From positions 928,001-992,000 of the forward strand of contig CAXXWS020000003.1 of NCBI GenBank assembly GCA_963665325.3: DNA of 64,000 bases, in the 5' to 3' direction. The stretch's first letter is position 1, and every line of letters begins with the position of its first letter. A program made the position numbers and the translations under genes. Positions 1-9,353 of the stretch are shown piece after piece. Source of the stretch: Alphaproteobacteria bacterium. GTDB lineage: Bacteria; Pseudomonadota; Alphaproteobacteria; Bin95. The notes beneath the pieces are model-generated. The model was not told the DNA's origin. It did no database searches and saw only the letters and a program-made list of their open reading frames with translations.

Positions 1-2587
1 CCTGAGGGACTTCGCCCTGCGTTTCAGGCCGACGTCGCAACCCGGCGGTTTGGGGAGCAACTGGGTGCAACTCTCCGAGTCCTCCGACGGGTGTGACGGC
101 GGCCGCGGCGTTGGCACACGAGTGACGGCAATCGTTCCGAACGCGGAATTCGCCCTTCAGTTCCGCGCCAGATACGGCAACCAATGGATCGTGTCGGACG
201 TCGCCCGGGCGATATCGCTCGATCCGACCCGAGACCTCCGCACCGAGGTGGCGGCGGGCATCAGCGACCTGTCGGTCGACACGCTCGTGCCGGACACCGT
301 GTGTCCGGCCTACGACGACCCGGCGACGCCAGGGGACGAGGCAGGCTCGTTCTTCGTCAACATCGGTTTCACCACCGTGGACCCGGTCCACGTCAACTAC
401 GAGAAGGTGGCCGGTTTCGTGGTGGCCGATGACGTGACGGTAGCGAACGGAACGGCGGAACTCGTCGCCGATTCGTTCCACACTCAATTCGGATACCGGG
501 TGAAGATCACTCCCACGATCTGGGGTGAGGACGTGGTGGTGAGTGTGCCGGCCGGGGCCGTGACTCACCTGGAGACCTCGATGCCCAACCTGGCCTCGAA
601 CGAGTTCAGGCGGAAGACCTCAAACGGCGAAGACTGCGCTCCCGAAGCGGCGGTGCCGATAGTCGCATTCGTGAAGATCTACGACGGCACCCCCTCGGAC
701 GGCTCATGGCCGGCGGGCGACGTGATCCAGGCAAGTCTGCGCTTCACCGAACCAATGGCGGTTTCGACAGCGGGCGGCATCCCGACCCTGACCTTGCGCC
801 TCGGAGACGGAGACGATGCCGCCGAAGTGCAGGCCACCTATACCCGCCTCGATACCCAAAACGACGCCTATTTCGAATATGCCGTGACGCCCGGTCAGGG
901 ATTGGTGCGCCAGGTCAAACTGGTGGAGAACAGTCTCACGCTGAACGGCGGACAGATCGCAGCCGCTTTCGGAGAAATCGCAGCGGAGCTCGACCATCCC
1001 GGTGCCAGCAAACACCAGCTGCCCCGCGCCCTGACCGCAAGGTGGCAGAAGTTGCCCAAGGTGCACCCGGGGAAGGACAAGAAATTCGTGGTGCGCTTGA
1101 AGTTCAACCGTTACACGACGATCGGCCCACGCGACCTCCGCGAGCATGCCGTTTCGGTGACCGGAGGCGCTATCGACAACGCGTGGAGGGTCAAGGATTC
1201 CAACGGCAACCCATCCAGCAAGCTGTTCGCCGTCAGGGTGGTGGCTGACTCCGACGATCGGCCGGTGACCCTGTCGCTGACCGCCGACGGCGAATGCAGT
1301 GAGCAGGGGGCGATCTGTACGGCGGACGGGGCACGTCTCTCCAACGCGCCATCCGTCACGATTTCCAATGCTGGCACCATGATTTCGGCAGCGGACGCCG
1401 AAGCTCACGAGGCGCCCGGTGCTGAGCTGGTGTTCGACGTGACGCTCGACAGGGCCGTCGATTACAAGGTCAAGGTCAACTACCAGACGGTCGATGGCAC
1501 CGCCGTGGCGGGCGAGGACTACACGGCGGTGAACGGCACCCTCGTCTTCAAGAGGGGCGAAACCTTGCAGACGGTGTCGGTGCCGGTGCTGGAGGACGCT
1601 CATGAGGACGACGGCGAGACGCTGACGCTCGTGCTGTCCGACCCGTTCCACGGGCGTATTGCCGACGGCGAGGCTGTGGGCACGATCCGGAATACCGACC
1701 CGATGCCGCAGGCCTGGCTGGCGCGGTTCGGTCGCACGGTTGCGGACCAGATACTCGATGCCGTGGATGGACGCATGACGGCGTCGCCGGTTCCGGGAAT
1801 GGAACTGAGCGTCGCCGGCAGGCGGATCGGCGCCGGGGCGGTGGGGAACGGGTTGGTTGCGCTCGACGCAGAGGCGCGCTTCGGTGCGCTCAGGAACTGG
1901 CTGCGTGGCGAAGCCGAGGAGCAACGGCGATCCGGGGAAACGCGGGCGCTGACGGGCCGGGACCTTCTGACGGGCTCGTCCTTTGCGCTGACTGAGGGGA
2001 GCCCGGAGGGCAGCATCGGGACGCTTTGGGGCCGGGGCGCAGTCTCGCGCTTCGACGGGCGCCAGGGGAAGGTGACGCTCGACGGCGAGGTCGAGAGTGC
2101 GATGCTGGGCGCGGACTTCACGCGCGGTCGCGGGACAGCGGGGCTCGTGCTGTCGCGCTCGCGCGGCGAGGGGGAGTACCGTTCCGGTGAGGCCGACGGC
2201 GAGATCGAGGCGACGCTCACGGGCATTTATCCCTGGGGCCGCTATGCGGTGGACGAGCACCTGTCTCTCTGGGGCGTGCTGGGCTATGGCGAGGGCAGGT
2301 TGACGCTGACCCCCGGGACCGGGTCTCCGATGGGGACGGACATGGACCTTGCGATGGCGGCGGCGGGCTTGCGCAGTGTGCTGATGCAGGCGCCTGCGGA
2401 GGGCGGCCTGGAGCTTTCGACGGTCTCGGACATGCTGTTTGTGACCACGGGCTCGGAGGCGGTGGGCGACAATCTTGGGGCTTCGGACGCACAGGTCACG
2501 CGTCTCCGGGTCGTGAGTGTGCTCTCGGTATCTGATGGCGGGATGGTCACGTTGTTCGATGGTTTTCAGGCGTCGGGCCGGGCGTGA
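1..2587 (+). pseudogene. Large surface/autotransporter-like protein with a Calx-beta domain; 5' part outside the window, C-terminal beta-barrel cut at about 2510 by a transposon
   Basis: Frame is open from position 2. Calx-beta motif (LVFDVTLDR...VNYQTVDGTAVAGEDYTAVNGTLVF...EDDGETLTLVLS) is followed by a barrel-like segment (WLARFGRTVA...LWGRGAVSRFDG...LGAD) that stops abruptly after VTRLR. Confidence 0.75.
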
Positions 2588-2759
2588 CGGCGGGGGTGTC
2601 GGACGGCCGTCGGCGCGTCAAGCCGCTTCGCGGCTCCTGCGCTGCGCTCCGGCCCTTCGGGTGACCCGCCGCCGTCCCTCCGACGGAGTGCATCCATGGC
2701 CGTAAGCAAGCTTCCGGCCACGGGCCGGCCGCTTTACGCAGTGTGACAATGGGAGCGGT

Positions 2760-2820
2760 GTTACCCGTTACCGTTACCCTCTCTCCCTAGGGGTTCGAGG
2801 CGGTAACGGTTTTCGGTAAC
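2760..2820. repeat. Convergent iteron-like array: 3x GTTACC, CCCTAGGG palindrome, 2x GGTAAC
   Basis: GTTACC at 2760, 2767, 2773; CCCTAGGG at 2785-2792; GGTAAC at 2802 and 2815. Confidence 0.75.
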
Positions 2821-3785
2821 GTGTCCCTGCGGTCGTTGCCGTTGAGGGCGGCGAGGCGGTATCCGCCTTCGGATGCGCGCTCGACGCGTCCTTCGCGGAC
2901 GAGCCTGTGCAGCGCCTCGGCGACGGTTGCGGGCCGGGTTGCCGCGCGCTCGCGGATCCGGCGCTGGGAGAGCGGCGCGTCGGCGTCGGCGAGGGCCTGC
3001 AGGATGCGCCGTTCGGGGGTATCCGGCTCCGGCGCCTGGTCTTCCGGCGTCTCGCGCAACCGCAGGGCGGGGCGCTCGTCGTCGTCGGCGAGTTCGATCT
3101 CGAGGTCTTCGAGGCCAGGGGCGTCGCGATGCTCGACGGTCATGAGGATCTGGCGGTCTCGCCGGCGCAGGTACAGATTCGAATCGCCCCAGGCGTGAAG
3201 TTCGCTGCTGCCGCGCAGCGCCTGCCCGGGCCGGGAGCCGCCGCTCTTTCGTGCGTGATGGACGAGGAGGACGGCGGTTTCGAAGCGGCGCTGTATGTCG
3301 CGCAGGAAGCCCAGCATGGGGGCGACCTCGGCGACGGTATTTTCGTCGACGCCGTGCAGGCGCACGAGGGGGTCGAGGACGACGAGGCGGGGTGAGACGC
3401 GCTCCACCGTCTCGACCAGGCGCTGGCGATCGGCGCGATGGTCGAGACGCAGCGTGGGCACGTCGATGACGGCGATGTCGAGGGTCTCGAACGCGGTGCC
3501 TGCCGCCTTTGCGATGCCCTGGAGGCGTGCGCGCACGATATGGCCGGCGTCCTCGGCGGCGAACAGCAGCACGGGGCCGCTTGCGGCGGGACGGAAGTGG
3601 CGCAGGCAGGGGACGCCGGCGGCGACCGCGACGGCGATGTCGAGTGCGAGGAAGGATTTGCCGCACTTGGGCTCGCCGCCGACGATGCCGACGCCCTGCT
3701 CGGACCACAACGCCTCGACCATCCAGCGGCGCGCCTGGGGGCGCTCTTCGAGCTCCGCCGGCGCCCGTGTCGGGAAGCCCTTCAC
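2787..3785 (-). CDS. AAA_25/RepA-like (SF4-type) helicase/ATPase with C-terminal wHTH
   Basis: GTG start overlaps the ExeA stop. Walker A GEPKCGKS, LVVLDPLVRLHGVDEN, LLVHHARK, LRGSS; C-terminal LSQRRIRERAATRPATVAEALHRLVREG. Confidence 0.8.
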   Translation of the reverse strand: MKGFPTRAPAELEERPQARRWMVEALWSEQGVGIVGGEPKCGKSFLALDIAVAVAAGVPCLRHFRPAASGPVLLFAAEDAGHIVRARLQGIAKAAGTAFETLDIAVIDVPTLRLDHRADRQRLVETVERVSPRLVVLDPLVRLHGVDENTVAEVAPMLGFLRDIQRRFETAVLLVHHARKSGGSRPGQALRGSSELHAWGDSNLYLRRRDRQILMTVEHRDAPGLEDLEIELADDDERPALRLRETPEDQAPEPDTPERRILQALADADAPLSQRRIRERAATRPATVAEALHRLVREGRVERASEGGYRLAALNGNDRRDTLPKTVTASNP

Positions 3786-4615
3786 CGCCGCGCCCTCCTC
3801 GGCTTGGCGGGTTCGCCCAGGGTCTCGATGAAGAGCTTCTCGTCGAGGACCTCGCGCTCCTTCTCGGCGGCGGCGGCGAGCAGGGCGTCGGCCATGACGG
3901 TGAGCGCCCGCGGGTTGCCGTCGGCATGGGCGACCAGGGTGTCCTTGAGGCCCGCGGTCATGAGGCCGGGATTGCCGGCCTGCTCGATCAGATGGTCGAG
4001 CAGGGCCGCGAGGTCGCCGGCCTCGGCCTTGGTCATGACCAGGCGCTGGCGGATGCGCGAGGCGATGGGCTGCAGATCGGGCTGGCGGAGCTTGTCGAGC
4101 AGGCGCGTGTCGCCGGCGAGGACGACCGAGAGGATGGCGCGCGAGTCGAAGTCGGTCGAAGCCAGCAGGCGGATCTCGGAGAACACCGAGGGCAGCAGCT
4201 CCTGGGCCTCGTCGACGAGCACGACGGGGCGCATGCGGGTATCGTCGACATGGGCGAGCCAGCGCTCGCGCAGGCTTTTGAAGCTGGCCCAGCGGTTGTT
4301 GTACATCAGGTCGACGCCGAACATCTCGCCGATCTCGCGGTAGAAGTCGGACAGCCGGGAGGAGGGATGGGTGATGGCGGCGATGCTGAGCCCCTCGCAG
4401 CGGCCGAGACGGTCGGCGAGCAGGCGCAACGCCACACTCTTTCCGGCGCCGGGCTCGCCGGCGATCAAGGCGAAGCCGCCCTGGCGCACCAGGTGGCGCT
4501 CGATCCTGAGGCAGAAGCTGTCGACGGCAGGCGTCGCCATGAGACTGTCGACCGGCAGGTCGGTGGCGAAGGGGTTCCACTTGAGCCCGTAGAAGGTGAG
4601 CAGTTCCCGGTTCAT
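3782..4615 (-). CDS. ExeA-family AAA+ ATPase (TnsC/MuB/IstB-like transposition helper)
   Basis: YGLKWNPF, Walker A GEPGAGKS, Walker B VLVDEAQ, VVLAG, GNPR. Confidence 0.85.
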   Translation of the reverse strand: MNRELLTFYGLKWNPFATDLPVDSLMATPAVDSFCLRIERHLVRQGGFALIAGEPGAGKSVALRLLADRLGRCEGLSIAAITHPSSRLSDFYREIGEMFGVDLMYNNRWASFKSLRERWLAHVDDTRMRPVVLVDEAQELLPSVFSEIRLLASTDFDSRAILSVVLAGDTRLLDKLRQPDLQPIASRIRQRLVMTKAEAGDLAALLDHLIEQAGNPGLMTAGLKDTLVAHADGNPRALTVMADALLAAAAEKEREVLDEKLFIETLGEPAKPRRARR

Positions 4616-6087
4616 GGCGCATCTCCCCGATCTTCGTCCTCGCCCGGACCGGGCGTCTTGTCATGGGGCAGCCAGGCCGGCGGCAGGCCGGTTGCGGCCT
4701 GGGCGTCGAGCATGCCCTTGAGCAGCGGCGGAAGTTCCCCCGTCCCCGCGCCGCCATTGCCATCGTTGCCGCCGGGGCCGGCGGGACGGCGCACGCCATC
4801 GGCGTTGCCGCGCTTGTCGAGGGGGTACAGCGTGCACAGGCGCTCGCCGCCTCGACCGTCGATCAGATCGACGCTGGCGAGGTTCCAGCGCGCGTAACGG
4901 ATCCAGGCCTCGCGCAGGTGGCGCCACGGCTGTGGCACCTGGTAGCGGATGCCCTCGACCGAGACGGTGCCGTCCGAGCGCCTGAGCGTGCGCTTCCTGG
5001 TGATGCGGAAGGCCGCCTTGAGCTCGGCCGAGCCGGGGCAGGATCTCGACGCGTCGACGCTCCCGGCCAGGCGTTGATGCGGCGTCATGCCGAGCTCGCG
5101 GTGCTTGCGGCGGTGATAGTCCTGCTCCAGCCAGGCGATGGTGGCGTCGTTGAGCATCTTCAAGGTAAGCGCGTCGACGCCTTCGAGCTGAGCCATCAGG
5201 CGCGATTCGACCGTGCCCCAGAACGACTCGATCTTGCCGTTCTGATGGGGGCTGTAAGCGAGCGTCGTGACCCCCGCGATGCCGAGCCGGTGCAACCCCT
5301 CCTCGACCTCGCCCGCGGTCATCGCCGCGCCGTTGTCGGTCAGCAGGGACCTCGGCAGACCGCGCTTCATGAAGGCCTGGCAAAGGCCGTGGACGAACAC
5401 CTCGGCGGTCTCGGCGAGGTACCACTGAAGGTGGCAGCCGAGGCGCGAGTGGTCGTCGAGGAAGCCGAGCAGGATCGGCGTCTTCCACTCGCCCGAGGCG
5501 GTCAGCACGCGACGCTTGGCGCTGTGCATGTCGGCGTGCCACAGGGCGTGAGAGCGCGAGACCTCGTAGCTCAATACCTCGCGGGCTTCGACCGCCGGCC
5601 TGGCCTCGCTCTCATGCCACTTGCGCCGGCGCTTGCGTACCAGCCCGCGAGCCCGCATCGCCCGGGTCAGCGTCGCGTAGGACGGTATCGGGCCGAGCTC
5701 GGGATCGGCCTCGACCCGCGCGGCCAGATTCTCGTGATGAAGCTGCGCCGACCACGACGGATGCGCCCGGTACTGCTCGTGCAGCGCCTCGATCAGCGTC
5801 GGCGACATCGCGCGCGGGCGCCCGGCATCGGCGCGCGGGCGCCGCTTGAGCGCCCCCACCGGATCGTTGTCCGCCGCCCGCGCCTGGTAGTACCAGCGCT
5901 CGATCGTGGACACCGCGAAGCGCACCCGGCCCTTGCCGGACGGGTGATCCCACTCGCGTTCGGCAAGCCGCTCAAGCTCGGCGTGCAGCCGCCCCGCCGG
6001 CGGCGGCGAGGCCAGAAGCGGCCCGACCACCGCGAAGCGCAACCGCGCCCACCGGTCGCGACGCTCGCTCCCGTCGTTGCTGTTCAT
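4612..6087 (-). CDS. DDE transposase (rve core, Mu/IS481-like) with N-terminal HTH and Mu-C-like tail
   Basis: LWHADM, FLDDHSR, LLTDNGAAM, NGKIESFW, DGTVSVEGIRYQVP. Confidence 0.9.
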   Translation of the reverse strand: MNSNDGSERRDRWARLRFAVVGPLLASPPPAGRLHAELERLAEREWDHPSGKGRVRFAVSTIERWYYQARAADNDPVGALKRRPRADAGRPRAMSPTLIEALHEQYRAHPSWSAQLHHENLAARVEADPELGPIPSYATLTRAMRARGLVRKRRRKWHESEARPAVEAREVLSYEVSRSHALWHADMHSAKRRVLTASGEWKTPILLGFLDDHSRLGCHLQWYLAETAEVFVHGLCQAFMKRGLPRSLLTDNGAAMTAGEVEEGLHRLGIAGVTTLAYSPHQNGKIESFWGTVESRLMAQLEGVDALTLKMLNDATIAWLEQDYHRRKHRELGMTPHQRLAGSVDASRSCPGSAELKAAFRITRKRTLRRSDGTVSVEGIRYQVPQPWRHLREAWIRYARWNLASVDLIDGRGGERLCTLYPLDKRGNADGVRRPAGPGGNDGNGGAGTGELPPLLKGMLDAQAATGLPPAWLPHDKTPGPGEDEDRGDAP

Positions 6088-6135
6088 TCCGGCATCCCCC
6101 TCGCTGCTTCGTGGAGGTGCCGATGATGCGGTGCC

Positions 6136-6750
6136 CTATCCGTGCATCATAGAAACGCTTTCTGCGGGCGAAGCCGGACCTGCGCCGAGCGCGCAAAAGC
6201 CGGTCCACGGCATCAGCCAGACCAGGCTCCGCAGCAGCCGCGAGCGGAAGCCACGGCCCCGCATGATGCGCAGCAGCCGGCGCAGCGGCGCCTCTTCGGG
6301 CGGCGCCGCCAGCTCGCCCCGTCTCGCCTGCCACTCCCGGGTCAGCGGGAAGGCTTCCAGCCACCAGCGCCGCCAGCGCTTCAGCGTCGAGGCCGGAACC
6401 CCGCACCGCCGCGCGATCGTCTGCAACCGCGCGCCGCCGGCCACAGCCAGCGCACTCACCACAAGGAACAGCGCCCCGACGTAAAAGCGCCTGCCGAAGA
6501 AACGCACCGACGGCGGCTTCACGCGGCGTCGGCACACCGAACAGCACAGGCTGAAGCGCCGAACGTCGTTCCGAAGATTCGCCGCCAGACCGTGCGGCTT
6601 GCGCGGGTAGCTCGCGCTGTGAAGCGCGCCGCCGCAGCGCGGGCAACCCGCCGCCCGGCACGCCTCCGCCTCGGCCGCGTCGACCTGCTTCAGAAAATCC
6701 CAAACCCGGGCGTTGGAGAGATTGGAGTGCCGGAACAGCTTGTGCGACAT
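6136..6750 (-). CDS. Transposon-associated Zn-ribbon/HTH protein (DUF6431-like)
   Basis: CPRCGG...CCSVCRRR and ASTLKRWRRWW; directly upstream of the transposase. Confidence 0.6.
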   Translation of the reverse strand: MSHKLFRHSNLSNARVWDFLKQVDAAEAEACRAAGCPRCGGALHSASYPRKPHGLAANLRNDVRRFSLCCSVCRRRVKPPSVRFFGRRFYVGALFLVVSALAVAGGARLQTIARRCGVPASTLKRWRRWWLEAFPLTREWQARRGELAAPPEEAPLRRLLRIMRGRGFRSRLLRSLVWLMPWTGFCALGAGPASPAESVSMMHG

Positions 6751-7258
6751 TGGGGCCGTCTCAGGTTGATGTCACTGTCACCGAGACAAGCCCTCCGGCG
6801 GCCTTCTTGCAAGATCGCCGGGGGGCACCCAATCCAAAACCTCGATTAATCCGAGCCGATCAGCCCCTGATCGCCGCTGAAAGCCTGCGCCCGCTCACCG
6901 TCGCGGACGCTCCGCCCGAGCGCGAGCGCCAGAGAGGACAGGAAGGCCCGGACGAGCGCCGCCAGCCAGGCCGCGGCGACGGTCTCCAGGTCGAGGCCGA
7001 GCGCCGGCGCAACGGGGGTGCAGAGCGCCGCAAGGGCGATGCCGCTGAGCACGATGGCGCGTTCGCTCCCTGTGGGCGGGCGCGATCCCGGGGCGGTGTC
7101 CGGCTCCCGGTCCGGCGCGGTCGATCTGCGGGTCATGGTAACGGTCTCCCATTCTACGGGGCGGAGCGTCTTCCTCCGCCCCGGCCATCCTCGTCCCGCC
7201 CCGGGCCGGTCTCCGCCTCCTGGCGGCGATTCACCCACGCTGAGCCAGGGAGACCGTA

Positions 7259-9352
7259 ATGCGCGGCATCGGCGGCAGCACGCTGCGGGGCGGCCAGACC
7301 GTCTTCCACGGCATCCGCATGTGGGGCCAGCTGTTCCAGGCCGCCCTGCTGTTCGCCGCCTTCATGACCGTCGCGGTGCCGGCCTGGAACCTCTGGCGCT
7401 CGACCTCAGGCGCGGAATGGTATGCCGCGGGCATGGTGACACTGGCCGAGACCAAGCTCGCGCTCGGCTACGAGCGGGACTCGGGCCAGGAAATCCGCTT
7501 TCCCGACGGCACCCGCCGGGTACTCGCCATCCGCGACATCGCCGTCTCGGTGCCGGCTCTCGAGGCGCGCGAGAAGCTCCTGGACGAACTACTGGCCAGC
7601 GCCTGGCTGGGCCTCAAGACGGGCGGCGGGCTGATCGCGGTCTTTCTCGTGGCGTTCTGGTACCGCGGCGCGCGGCTCGGGCGCCAGCGCCGCCTGCGGG
7701 GCGCCGAGCTGGTGAGCGCGGCCGAGCTGCGCCGCCGGGTGCGCCCGGCGCACCTGCGCCTGCTCGACCGCGCGCCCGGCTCAGGCAGCGTGCGGCCCTG
7801 GCGCATCGCCGGCATCCCGTATCCCGAGAGGACCGAGACCCAGCACACGATCGTCTCGGGCACCACCGGCTCGGGCAAGACGGTGCTGATCTCGGACCTG
7901 GTGGCCCAGATCCGCGCCCGCGGCGAGCGCTGCGTGATCTACGACAAGATGGGCTCCTACACCGCGGCCTTCTTCGATCCCGCCCGCGACGTGCTGATGA
8001 ACCCGCTCGATGCCCGGGCGCCCTGCTGGTCGCCCTTCCTCGAAGCCAGGAACCCCCGCGACTTCGACATGATGGCCGCCGCGCTGATCCCGCAGCAGAA
8101 GGACACCGTGGACCCCTTCTGGGTGACGGCGGCACGCCAGCTCTTCGCCAACGGCGCGGGCGTGCTGCGCGAGAAGGGCGTCACGCAGAACCGGGTGCTG
8201 GTCGACCACCTGCTGAAGACCGACCTCACCGCGCTCGCCCAGGCGATGGAGGGCACGGTCGCGCAGTCGATCGTCGATCCCGAGAACCCCAAGACCGCGC
8301 TCTCGGTGCGCGCCATGCTGACCGCCAATCTCGCCGCCTTCGAGTTCCTGCCCGACGAGGGCACGCCCTTCTCGATCCGGGAGTGGATCTCCCGGGAGCG
8401 GCAGGACGGATTCCTGTTCCTGACCTCGCGCGGCGACCAGCATGCCAGTCTCAGGGGGCTGATCTCGACCTGGCTGGAAATCGCGGTCAACGCCATGCTG
8501 TCGCTCGCCCAGGACGATGGCAGGCGCATCTGGGTGATCCTCGACGAGCTGCCGACCTTGCACCAGGTGCCCTCGCTCCAGCCCGGCCTCGCCGAGTCCC
8601 GCCAGTTCGGCGGCTGCTTCGTGCTCGGGGTCCAGGTCGCCTCGGCGCTGCGCGACCTCTACGGCAGGAACGGCGCGGAGACCATCTCGGGCTTGTGCGG
8701 CACGCGGGTGGTGCTGGCCGCCCCGGACCGGGATACCGCGCAGTGGTCCGCCGACAGCCTGGGCCGCAGCGAGGTCGAGGAGATCGCCGAGGGCTACTCC
8801 TACGGCGCCAACACCATCCGCGACGGCGTCTCGCTCACCCCGCGGCGCGAGCTGCGCGCGCTGGCCCTGCCGTCGGAGATCATGCGGCTTGAGAACCTGG
8901 AGGGCTATCTCAAGTTCCCCGGCCCCTTCCCGGTCGCCTCGATCCGGCTCCGGTATGTGAAACGCCCCGCCGCCGCCGAGCGCTTCGTGCCGCGCGAGGA
9001 GGGCGCGGAGCTGTCCGCACGGCCGGAAGACGCGGCCGCTGCCGGGGACGCGCCCGTCGAAGTGCTTGCGGAAGACGGGGAATCGGGGACTCCGGAGTCC
9101 GCGTTCCGGCGGGGCGAGCCGAACCTGCCGCCGCTTCCGGAAGAGACGGACATCGCACCGTCCCGCCGCAATGGCGTTGCGGATGCGGCTGCCGGCGACG
9201 GGACCGGCCCCGGCAAGGCCGGCAACCGGCCGGACGCGCCGGCGCCGGCGGCCGGGGCGCGAGGCGACGGGGAGCCCGATGCCGGCCCCGGACCGGCGGC
9301 GAAGCCCTCCGCCGGCACGGAGGAGCCCGCCGCGCGCCCCGACTGGGTCTGA
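7259..9352 (+). CDS. traD: Type IV coupling protein, TraD/TrwB family
   Basis: Two N-terminal TM segments, LRGAEL, Walker A GTTGSGKT, DPFWVTAAR, ILDELPTL, ESRQFGG; low-complexity tail. Confidence 0.92.
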   Translation: MRGIGGSTLRGGQTVFHGIRMWGQLFQAALLFAAFMTVAVPAWNLWRSTSGAEWYAAGMVTLAETKLALGYERDSGQEIRFPDGTRRVLAIRDIAVSVPALEAREKLLDELLASAWLGLKTGGGLIAVFLVAFWYRGARLGRQRRLRGAELVSAAELRRRVRPAHLRLLDRAPGSGSVRPWRIAGIPYPERTETQHTIVSGTTGSGKTVLISDLVAQIRARGERCVIYDKMGSYTAAFFDPARDVLMNPLDARAPCWSPFLEARNPRDFDMMAAALIPQQKDTVDPFWVTAARQLFANGAGVLREKGVTQNRVLVDHLLKTDLTALAQAMEGTVAQSIVDPENPKTALSVRAMLTANLAAFEFLPDEGTPFSIREWISRERQDGFLFLTSRGDQHASLRGLISTWLEIAVNAMLSLAQDDGRRIWVILDELPTLHQVPSLQPGLAESRQFGGCFVLGVQVASALRDLYGRNGAETISGLCGTRVVLAAPDRDTAQWSADSLGRSEVEEIAEGYSYGANTIRDGVSLTPRRELRALALPSEIMRLENLEGYLKFPGPFPVASIRLRYVKRPAAAERFVPREEGAELSARPEDAAAAGDAPVEVLAEDGESGTPESAFRRGEPNLPPLPEETDIAPSRRNGVADAAAGDGTGPGKAGNRPDAPAPAAGARGDGEPDAGPGPAAKPSAGTEEPAARPDWV

Positions 9353-9353
9353 C

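Larger units (their letters stand above)
2511..6845 (-). mobile_element. Four-gene DDE transposon (Zn-ribbon/HTH protein, transposase, ExeA-like ATPase, RepA-like helicase); ends approximate
   Basis: Co-oriented gene block whose last three genes overlap by ATGA/GTGA. Left boundary coincides with the autotransporter truncation. No clear long TIR or TSD found. Confidence 0.7.

Noticed and set aside
2511-6845. Tn7-like/CAST or canonical IS21 assignment
   Set aside because: No TnsA, TniQ or Cas genes and no clear TG...CA terminal repeats; the ATPase is ExeA-type.
6846-7238. 130-aa hydrophobic ORF divergent from traD
   Set aside because: No recognisable motif and its stop sits at the transposon junction; too weak to call.
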